34,362 nucleotides of DNA from positions 1 to 34,362 of the forward strand of contig CACXYG010000004.1 of assembly GCA_902771745.1 (NCBI GenBank). The letters are read 5' to 3'. This document shows positions 26,913-33,598 of this stretch, piece after piece. Numbering within the stretch: position 1 is the first letter of the stretch; the number at the start of each line of letters is the position of its first letter. The position numbers and the translations under genes are program-made. The notes beneath the pieces were generated by a model. The model worked only from the letters and a program-made list of their open reading frames with translations. It did not search any database and had not been told where the DNA came from. Source of the DNA: an uncultured Erysipelotrichaceae bacterium (GTDB lineage Bacteria; Bacillota_I; Bacilli_A; RFN20; CAG-288).

Positions 26913-26935
26913 ACCAAGTTTAAACTTGGTATAAT
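26913..26935 (+). promoter_or_regulatory. Candidate rnf operon promoter (extended -10) overlapped by an 18-bp perfect palindrome (operator candidate)
   Basis: TGgTATAAT lies at 26927-26935. The perfect palindrome ACCAAGTTTAAACTTGGT (26913-26930) occupies the spacer and -10 edge. There is no good -35 hexamer. Confidence 0.45.
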
Positions 26936-26958
26936 CAAGGCACGAGGTTTAAATTGCG

Positions 26959-28269
26959 ATGATAAAGAAAACAACTCACATCAATGACCCGTTAAAACTT
27001 CTGGAAATTCTGCCCACGGTTCAGGCACCAATTCCAGAATATTTGTATTTAGCGACGTCAAATGCAAGATGTCCCAAGGCTGAAATCTTTATCAAGGAAG
27101 GTGACTACGTCAAGTGCGGTCAACAGATCGGTATCAGACACGCTGCCTTTTTTGATCAGCCTATCCATTCTTCGTGTTCGGGTGTTTTTGAAGGTTATGA
27201 AAAGCACTATCACAGAAGTGGTAAACAGATTGACTTTTTAAAGATTCACAATGATTTCAAGGATGTCTGGGATGAATCCGTTCATACAAGAACTGATGAA
27301 GAAATCGCCAAGATGACCAAAGCGGAAATGACGGAGATCATCAAGCAGACGGCTTCTGTCGGTTTGGGTGGTTCTTCCTTCCCATCTTATATCAAGATGC
27401 AGACGGATCGACCGATTAAAACTATCTTGATCAATGGTATTGAATGCGAACCCTACATCAATGCTGATAAGAGAACCATGATGGAAGATGCGCCAAAGTT
27501 ATTGGAAGGTATTCTCTTCCTCATGCAGGCTTTTAACTGCCACGATGCTCGTATTTGTGTCAAAGCCATTCATACTGAAATCTTTGTCTACTACAACTAT
27601 CTTCTCTCGCAAGACAAATACAAAGGCATCACCATGTCCCCAATGAAGAATTATTATCCTCAGGGTTGGGAAATCGCCATGATCAAACAGGCGACGGGTA
27701 TTGATGTTCCATCTGGTCATTTACCTAGTGAATTCGGCATTATGAACTTCAACTCTTCCTCGGTTGTCGGTATTCAGCAAGCTATCAGAGAAAATAAACC
27801 TGTCACGGATAGAAGAGTCACGGTTACTGGTAATGGTATCAACAAACCAGCGAACTTCGAAGTTCGTATCGGCACCCCAGTCAGATACTTGATTGAACAG
27901 TGCGGTGGCTATAAGAATCCCAATATGCCAAAGGTCTTCATCCTTGGTGGCCCGATGATGGGCGCTAGTGAATCGGATGAGGATTGTATCTGCACCAAGA
28001 CGGTGACTTCCATCATCGTTTTAGATCATGTCGAACACAAGGAAGAAGCTTGTATTCGCTGCGGTTCTTGTGTCTTATCCTGCCCGGTTGGTTTACAACC
28101 GGTCACCATCATGAATGCGATGAAGCATACGCCGGTGGATAAAGCCAAAATCAAGATGCTCAATCCACTCAAGTGCATTGAATGCGGTCTATGCACTTAT
28201 AGCTGTACTTCTAAAATTCATGTCACGGATTACATTCGTAGAGCCAAGACAATTGCGAGGTTGAAATAA
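26959..28269 (+). CDS. rnfC: Rnf electron-transport complex subunit C
   Basis: Has an RnfC N-terminal barrel-sandwich region, GLGGSSFPSYIKM (the NADH/FMN-binding region) and two 4Fe-4S motifs, CIRCGSCVLSCP and CIECGLCTYSC. Confidence 0.9.
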   Translation: MIKKTTHINDPLKLLEILPTVQAPIPEYLYLATSNARCPKAEIFIKEGDYVKCGQQIGIRHAAFFDQPIHSSCSGVFEGYEKHYHRSGKQIDFLKIHNDFKDVWDESVHTRTDEEIAKMTKAEMTEIIKQTASVGLGGSSFPSYIKMQTDRPIKTILINGIECEPYINADKRTMMEDAPKLLEGILFLMQAFNCHDARICVKAIHTEIFVYYNYLLSQDKYKGITMSPMKNYYPQGWEIAMIKQATGIDVPSGHLPSEFGIMNFNSSSVVGIQQAIRENKPVTDRRVTVTGNGINKPANFEVRIGTPVRYLIEQCGGYKNPNMPKVFILGGPMMGASESDEDCICTKTVTSIIVLDHVEHKEEACIRCGSCVLSCPVGLQPVTIMNAMKHTPVDKAKIKMLNPLKCIECGLCTYSCTSKIHVTDYIRRAKTIARLK

Positions 28270-29420
28270 TGGATAGTAAAGTTCAATTCATTAAAGAGAG
28301 CGCACCGCATATCAGAAGAAAAGACTCTCTCAACCGTATGATGATGGATGTCGTCATCGGTTTGCTTCCAGTTGTTATTTTTGCTTTTATCGCTGCTCCT
28401 TTAGCAGCCTTACGTAACTTGCTTGTCTCCATCGCCACGATGGAACTGGCGGAGTTTATCTTCGTTCTCATCATGAACCGTATTCCTTATGACGGTAAGA
28501 AATACACCTTCAAGGATCATTGGAAGAACGCGATTTCCAAATATCGTTTATCCAATGTCACGGTTCCGCTTGTCTCAGCGATTATCTATGCGCTTATCAT
28601 GCCAAGCTACATGGAAGCTGGCTATGAATACTTGATGTATGTCGCGTTGATTGTCGGTGCTGTCTTTGGTCTTGCCATCGGTAAGTTGGTCTTTGGCGGT
28701 ACTGGTAACAATATCTTCAACCCAGCGGCTGTCGGTATGGTCTTTGCCAAAGCCTGCTTTGGTTCTCACTACGTCTACTTCCAGCCATTTGTCTCTGATG
28801 GTGGTCAGATCGTCTCTGCTGGTGCGACCTCGTTAGGTTCTGATTTTGTCGATATTGCCAGCAAGTCCTTCTTGACGGACAACTATTCCTTGATGGATTT
28901 ACTCCTCGGTCGTATTCCAGGCTTGATGGGTGAAATCTGTAAGGTTGCTATCATTGTCGGCTTCATCTATATGTTCATCCGTCACACCATCGACTGGAGA
29001 ATCAGCGCTTCTTATGTCGGCACTTTCTTCATCATGATGTTGATTGCTGGTTTGATTGTTCATGGTGCTGATAACAGCATCAGCCCATTCTACTTTGCTA
29101 CCTATCATTTGTTATCTGGTGGTGTCTTATTTGCTGCTGTCTATATGGCAACTGACCCAGTCACTTCGCCAATCACTCGTCCAGGTAGAGTTCTCTATGG
29201 TGTCATATTAGCTGTCTGTACTACCTTTATCCGTCTCTTTGGTTCCTTACCAGAAGGTGTTGTCTATTCCATCCTTATTGGTAATATGCTCACTTCTGTC
29301 ATCGATTATCCAAAGTGGTCCAGCAACAAGTTCTCCTGGAAGAATATCCTCTGGCCAGTGGGTGTCTTTGTCTTCTTCACGCTCATCCTTGTCTGGTCGT
29401 TATGTGTGGAGGTTCTTTAG
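28269..29420 (+). CDS. rnfD: Rnf complex subunit D (polytopic membrane, NqrB/RnfD family)
   Basis: Contains ESAPHIRRKDSLNRMMMDVVIGLLP, FNPAAVGMVF, a GAT(S)L-type flavinylation-region motif (VSAGATSLG) and YMATDPVTSP. The start overlaps the rnfC stop (TAATG). Confidence 0.9.
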   Translation: MDSKVQFIKESAPHIRRKDSLNRMMMDVVIGLLPVVIFAFIAAPLAALRNLLVSIATMELAEFIFVLIMNRIPYDGKKYTFKDHWKNAISKYRLSNVTVPLVSAIIYALIMPSYMEAGYEYLMYVALIVGAVFGLAIGKLVFGGTGNNIFNPAAVGMVFAKACFGSHYVYFQPFVSDGGQIVSAGATSLGSDFVDIASKSFLTDNYSLMDLLLGRIPGLMGEICKVAIIVGFIYMFIRHTIDWRISASYVGTFFIMMLIAGLIVHGADNSISPFYFATYHLLSGGVLFAAVYMATDPVTSPITRPGRVLYGVILAVCTTFIRLFGSLPEGVVYSILIGNMLTSVIDYPKWSSNKFSWKNILWPVGVFVFFTLILVWSLCVEVL

Positions 29421-29422
29421 TT

Positions 29423-30082
29423 ATGAATGAGTTTACCAAGAATCTTCTCAAGACGAGTTCGGTCTTGATGATCATCGCTGGTGGTGCTGCTTTACTTGTC
29501 GGTGCTACTAACGCTTTGACCGCACCAGTCATCGAACAGAATAACATCATCAAAGAAAAGACGATGTTATCGAAAGTCTATGGTGAAACTGCCGACTATC
29601 TGGAATGGAAATCCGATAGCACAGATGAAAAAATCAAAGCGGATGGTGTCTATTTAGAAAGTCTGTCTTTGAAATATGTCACCAAGGTCTGGACTGCCAG
29701 AAATGGTAGTGAAGACTTAGGTTATGTCGCTCGTTTCTATGGTAAGAATGGCTATGGTGATGTCGATATGTTAGTCCAGGTCAGCCTGGAGGGCAGTCTT
29801 GGAAATCTCTTTATCATCTCTGATACCATGTCCTATAAAGCGAAGTTGGAATCCGGTTATATCGATCCTTATAACGCGAGTGAAAAAGATGGTAAAGAAG
29901 CAGCCCTCAATGATGTGAAATGCGGTGCCACCTTTGCTGCTAAACTCGTCCGAAACGGTGTTCAGGAAGCTTTGAAAGTCTGTACCAAGACGTTATCGAG
30001 TACTGCACTTGTCAGCCTGGATGTCAGTTTGAGTAATCATGAAGAGCAAACGATGACTTACACGTTTGCAGAAGGGAGATAA
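29423..30082 (+). CDS. rnfG: Rnf complex subunit G (FMN-binding, N-terminal membrane anchor)
   Basis: The start was reset to the ATG at 29423 (MNEFTKNLLKTSSVLMIIAGGAALLVGATNALTAPVIEQN), after GTGGAGG. The C-terminal DVKCGATF occupies the position of the D-x-x-(S/T)-G-A-T flavinylation motif. Confidence 0.85.
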   Translation: MNEFTKNLLKTSSVLMIIAGGAALLVGATNALTAPVIEQNNIIKEKTMLSKVYGETADYLEWKSDSTDEKIKADGVYLESLSLKYVTKVWTARNGSEDLGYVARFYGKNGYGDVDMLVQVSLEGSLGNLFIISDTMSYKAKLESGYIDPYNASEKDGKEAALNDVKCGATFAAKLVRNGVQEALKVCTKTLSSTALVSLDVSLSNHEEQTMTYTFAEGR

Positions 30083-30087
30083 ACGCT

Positions 30088-30906
30088 ATGGCGGAAAAAG
30101 TTCAATCCAAACATAGAGAAAGTTTCGTCTCCGGTATCATCAGACAAAACCCACTATTCATTTCCATGTTGGGTACCTGTCCTGCCCTTGCCGTCACTAC
30201 CTCTATTGAATCGGCTTTCGGTATGGGTCTTCTCTTCACGTTCGTTCTCCTTTGCTCCAATGTCATCATCTCTTTACTAAAGAAGTTGATTCCTGAAGTT
30301 GTTCATACACCTTGCTATATTGTTGTCATCGCCGCTTTCGTTACCATCACCAAGATGTTTACCGAAGCCTTCCTTCCAGAGTTGTATTCAACGTTAGGTG
30401 TCTTCTTATCCTTACTAGTCGTCAACTGTATCGTCCTTGGTAGAGCAGAAGCCTTTGCCAACAAGAACACGGTTGCTGATTCCTTCCTTGATGCGATCGG
30501 TAATGGTATTGGTTATACCTTAGCCATCTGTATTATCGCCTTCTTCAGAGAAGCCTTAGGTACTGGTGGTATCACCATCGGTAAGATCTTCACCTTCCTT
30601 CCACAGTTCACACTTCCATTATTGAAGTATCCAGGTACCAATATCGATATGTCGATGTCCGTCTTTACGGATTCTGCGGGTGGTTTCATCGTCATGGGTC
30701 TTGCTTTAGCGGTCATCATGGCAATTGAAAACAAGAAGAATACCAAGAAGAAAGTCGATGCTAAGATCAAGATGCAGCAGGAAATGGCTGCTAAGAAAGC
30801 TGCCGCTGCTAAAGCCGCTGCCGCTAAGTCTCCAGCTCCAGCTGTTGCGACTGCCAATGCTGCTATAGCTACGCCTGTTGCTGAGACAAAGAAGGAGGAG
30901 AAATAA
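30088..30906 (+). CDS. rnfE: Rnf complex subunit E with an unusual 59-aa Lys/Ala-rich C-terminal tail
   Basis: The NqrD/RnfE core includes NPLFISMLGTCPALAVTT and LVVNCIVLGRAEAFA. The tail ENKKNTKKKVDAKIKMQQEMAAKKAAAAKAAAAKSPAPAVATANAAIATPVAETKKEEK spans aa 214-272. Confidence 0.88.
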   Translation: MAEKVQSKHRESFVSGIIRQNPLFISMLGTCPALAVTTSIESAFGMGLLFTFVLLCSNVIISLLKKLIPEVVHTPCYIVVIAAFVTITKMFTEAFLPELYSTLGVFLSLLVVNCIVLGRAEAFANKNTVADSFLDAIGNGIGYTLAICIIAFFREALGTGGITIGKIFTFLPQFTLPLLKYPGTNIDMSMSVFTDSAGGFIVMGLALAVIMAIENKKNTKKKVDAKIKMQQEMAAKKAAAAKAAAAKSPAPAVATANAAIATPVAETKKEEK

Positions 30907-30908
30907 TT

Positions 30909-31514
30909 ATGAACCCAGCTGTTCCATATATTGTCACATTCCTTCTTGCTATCGTCTCTTCCATGTTGATTGATAACGTCGTCTTAAGTCGTTTCTATGG
31001 TATCTGTTCCTTCATCGGTGTCGGTAACAAACCAAAAGCGGCCTTCTCTATGGGTTTGGCGGTCACCTTCGTCACCATCATGGCGGCCTTGGTCTGTTGG
31101 CCGATCTACACGTTTGTCTTACAGCCATTACAGATTCCATTCATGGATACTTTGACCTACATCTTAGTCATCGCATCCTTGGTTCAGATTGTCGGTCTGT
31201 TCATCAAGAAATACTCTCCAGCACTTTATAAAGCCTTTGGTATCTATCTTCCATTGATCACGACCAACTGCGCGGTCTTGGGTGTTGTTCAGGGTAACAC
31301 AGATTCCGGTTTATCCTTCGGTATGTCCATGGCTAACGCCATCGGTACTGCTATCGGTTTCGTCATTGTCATTGTCATCTTCTCCTTTATCCGTATTCGT
31401 TTAGAAGAATATAAGACGCCCAAAGCCTTCCGTGGTATCGCCATCGCCTTGATTACAGCGGCCTTGATGTCGATTGCCTTCTTAGGCTTCAGCGGCATGG
31501 TCCCGAGTAACTAA
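30909..31514 (+). CDS. rnfA: Rnf complex subunit A
   Basis: The NqrE/RnfA core includes NVVLSRFYGICSFIG and YLPLITTNCAVLGV. The protein is 201 aa. Confidence 0.9.
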   Translation: MNPAVPYIVTFLLAIVSSMLIDNVVLSRFYGICSFIGVGNKPKAAFSMGLAVTFVTIMAALVCWPIYTFVLQPLQIPFMDTLTYILVIASLVQIVGLFIKKYSPALYKAFGIYLPLITTNCAVLGVVQGNTDSGLSFGMSMANAIGTAIGFVIVIVIFSFIRIRLEEYKTPKAFRGIAIALITAALMSIAFLGFSGMVPSN

Positions 31515-31515
31515 T

Positions 31516-31788
31516 ATGCCAGATTGGGTCAGATGGTTACTCGCTGTTGGAATCTTAGTTGTCTTGCTTGCTATCTTTATCATCTCCTTTGTGTTATATC
31601 GGAAAACACCGGTACCCAAAGGTTGTGAAGAGTTTGAGAAGCCAAGTGAGGCCAAGTGTCATGGCTGTAATCAGACAGAATGTCACTTCAATCTCTACTA
31701 CAATGATCCGGTAGAGAAAGCCAAAGAAGAAGTCCAACAGGAACAAACAGAAGAACAAAGACAAGAAACTCAAAAGGAGGAAAATTAA
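31516..31788 (+). CDS. Small Cys-rich membrane protein embedded in the rnf operon (90 aa): N-terminal TM helix, C-x10-C-x2-C-x4-C, acidic Gln/Glu tail
   Basis: The ATG lies 1 nt after the rnfA stop, and its own stop lies 1 nt before the rnfB ATG, so it is translationally coupled. The TM helix is WLLAVGILVVLLAIFIISFVLY. Cys residues are at positions 37, 48, 51 and 56. I recognise no named family with confidence. Confidence 0.6.
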   Translation: MPDWVRWLLAVGILVVLLAIFIISFVLYRKTPVPKGCEEFEKPSEAKCHGCNQTECHFNLYYNDPVEKAKEEVQQEQTEEQRQETQKEEN

Positions 31789-31789
31789 T

Positions 31790-32119
31790 ATGGATCTATG
31801 GTTGATCATGTTGATTGCTGGTGGTGTATTACTCGTCATCGGTTTAGCCTTAGGTGTACTGATCTGTATCGCTGAGAAATTCCTTCATGTCGAAGAGGAT
31901 CCTCGTATTGCTGAGGTCGAAAAGATGTTACCAAATGTCAACTGCGGTGCTTGTGGTCATGCGGGTTGTCATGATATGGCGGAAGCGATTGTCTCTGGTG
32001 AACAGCAGAAGTTATCTGATTGTAAGCCCGGTAAGAAAGACAAGAACTTCGACCCGATTATCGAGTACATGAAATCTCATCCGGATAAGGATGGTAAGGT
32101 TCACGCTCCAACAATTTAA
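31790..32119 (+). CDS. rnfB: Minimal RnfB: TM anchor plus the N-terminal Cys4 Fe-S domain only; ferredoxin-type 4Fe-4S domains absent (109 aa)
   Basis: TM helix LIMLIAGGVLLVIGLALGVLICIA, then LPNVNCGACGHAGCHDMAEAIVSG...SDCKPG (C-x2-C-x4-C-x17-C), matching the RnfB N-terminal Fe-S domain pattern. No CxxCxxCxxxCP motif is present. The RBS AAGGAGGA lies upstream. Confidence 0.75.
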   Translation: MDLWLIMLIAGGVLLVIGLALGVLICIAEKFLHVEEDPRIAEVEKMLPNVNCGACGHAGCHDMAEAIVSGEQQKLSDCKPGKKDKNFDPIIEYMKSHPDKDGKVHAPTI

Positions 32120-32132
32120 TGTAGAATGATTG

Positions 32133-32211
32133 ACTCCTTCTAGCGGTCTTGAAAAAAGCCTTAGACAGATTGCTAAGGCTAGATTCACGATGATGCTAGA
32201 AGGAGTTTTTC
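32133..32211. terminator. Nested bidirectional terminator between the rnf operon and the convergent zinc-ribbon gene
   Basis: The outer 12-bp stem ACTCCTTCTAGC (32133-32144) pairs with GCTAGAAGGAGT (32195-32206) and is followed by TTTTT on the plus strand. The inner hairpin AGCCTTAG (32157-32164) pairs with CTAAGGCT (32173-32180) and is preceded by A6, which reads as a T-run on the minus strand. Confidence 0.6.
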
Positions 32212-32221
32212 TATGGTTTAG

Positions 32222-32494
32222 TTAGTTTCGATCGCCGTTTTCATGGGTGATGAAGTGATAGGGTTGGGCGCAATCAAGATCATCGCCATCCCCGTTATCA
32301 GAAGTGTGATTCTTATCTCGAATCATATTCTTATCTTCTTGGGAGACGAGCATACGAGTGTTGTATTCATCTAGATTGCCAAGACTGGCATGACCGACAA
32401 TGGGTTTGTTTTGGCTTGGTAAACGTTTGTTACAATGAGGGCAGACAAAATCAAACTCTGGTACTTCTTGTTGACAATACGGGCAAATTCTCAT
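32222..32494 (-). CDS. Small zinc-ribbon protein (90 aa)
   Basis: The start was reset to the ATG at 32494 (MRICPYCQQEVPEFDFVCPHCNKRL; CxxC-x10-CxxC), which has a GAGG 9 nt upstream. The longer track ORF overlaps the divergent gene's start. The C-terminal half is low-complexity and acidic. Confidence 0.55.
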   Translation of the reverse strand: MRICPYCQQEVPEFDFVCPHCNKRLPSQNKPIVGHASLGNLDEYNTRMLVSQEDKNMIRDKNHTSDNGDGDDLDCAQPYHFITHENGDRN

Positions 32495-32558
32495 GAATAT
32501 CATCCTCGATTCATTTAGCAATATTCTACTACTTTTGGCATAAACGTGAGTAAGCAAT

Positions 32559-32587
32559 TTGTAATTTTGAAAGAGAAGAAATATAAT
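32559..32587 (+). promoter_or_regulatory. Candidate sigma-A promoter of the HAD-like hydrolase gene
   Basis: A TTGTAA -35 (32559-32564), a 17-nt spacer and a TATAAT -10 (32582-32587). Confidence 0.4.
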
Positions 32588-32610
32588 GTATGCAAAGGAC
32601 GGCTGATTAA

Positions 32611-33456
32611 ATGACGAAAAAAACGATTGCAGCATTTATCTACGATTTTGACCACACATTAAGTACGACGGATATGCAGAACTACTCTTTCTTCCCATCC
32701 TTGAATATTGAACCAAAAGAATTCTGGGATTCTTCAAATGTTCTTTCTAAGAAGGAACATATGGATCCTCTTCTCTCTTATATGTTCCTGATGGTTCAGG
32801 AATCCAAGAAGAGAGGTATACCGATCAAACGTGAAACGTTAGTAGAACTTGGTAAGGCGATTCAGTTCTTCCCAGGTGTCTTAGGTTGGTTTTCTCGTTT
32901 GAACGAATATGGTAAGACCAAGGGTGTTGAAGTTCAGCACTATATCATCTCTTCTGGTAACAAAGAGATCATTGAAGGTAGTGCCATTTATAAGTTCTTC
33001 AAGAAGGTTTATGCTTGTGAATTCCTTTTTGACGAGAATGATGATGCTATCTGGCCAAAATCTGTTATCAACTATACGACTAAGACCCAGTTCATCTATC
33101 GTATCAACAAAGGTGTTCTGGATTTGGCTGAAAATGATAAGGTCAACGCTTCGATGAATGATATTGATAAACCGATTCCGTTTGCCAATATGATTTATAT
33201 CGCTGATGGTTTGACGGATGTTCCATGTATGAAACTTGTCAAGACCAACGGTGGTACTTCTATTGCTGTCTATGACAAGAACAAGAAACCAGCAAAGAAG
33301 CTGTTTGATGATGGTCGTGTCGATTTCTTGTGTGAAGCGGATTATTCTGAAAATACTCAGCTTGACACCATCGCGAAACTCATCATCGATAAGATTGCTC
33401 CTATGGATCAGCTTTATAAGATCCATAACATGCAGATCTTAGAAGAAAAGAAGTAA
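32611..33456 (+). CDS. HAD-like hydrolase of uncharacterised subfamily (281 aa)
   Basis: Motif I is FIYDFDHTLST (DxDxT), followed by IISSGNKEIIEG and IYIADGLTDVPCM (a motif IV-type DG..D). Confidence 0.75.
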   Translation: MTKKTIAAFIYDFDHTLSTTDMQNYSFFPSLNIEPKEFWDSSNVLSKKEHMDPLLSYMFLMVQESKKRGIPIKRETLVELGKAIQFFPGVLGWFSRLNEYGKTKGVEVQHYIISSGNKEIIEGSAIYKFFKKVYACEFLFDENDDAIWPKSVINYTTKTQFIYRINKGVLDLAENDKVNASMNDIDKPIPFANMIYIADGLTDVPCMKLVKTNGGTSIAVYDKNKKPAKKLFDDGRVDFLCEADYSENTQLDTIAKLIIDKIAPMDQLYKIHNMQILEEKK

Positions 33457-33465
33457 ATATTCTAT

Positions 33466-33500
33466 AAGTCGTTTTCTTTTGTGAGAACGGCTTTTCTTTT
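33466..33500 (+). terminator. Rho-independent terminator after the HAD-like gene
   Basis: AAGTCGTTTTC (33466-33476) pairs with GAGAACGGCTT (33483-33493) as 11 bp including 2 G-U pairs, with a 6-nt loop and a T-rich tail. Confidence 0.55.
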
Positions 33501-33598
33501 GGTTTTTTCTCTACTTTTAGTTGAAAAAGCCAACTCAACCAACGGTTTGTATACTCTTGTTGTGCCGTTTGCTAGACTTAAGCCAAGGAGGAAAGCTC

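Noticed and set aside
29315-29422. The upstream extension of the rnfG ORF (the track start at 29315) overlapping the rnfD 3' end
   Set aside because: The ATG at 29423, 2 nt after the rnfD stop and with GTGGAGG upstream, gives the expected RnfG N-terminal membrane anchor. The extension is a Cys/Leu-rich out-of-frame reading of rnfD.
32495-32635. The 47-aa N-terminal extension of the zinc-ribbon ORF, overlapping the HAD-like gene start
   Set aside because: It is hydrophobic and low-complexity, has no RBS, and would span the divergent promoter region. The ATG at 32494 has a properly spaced GAGG.
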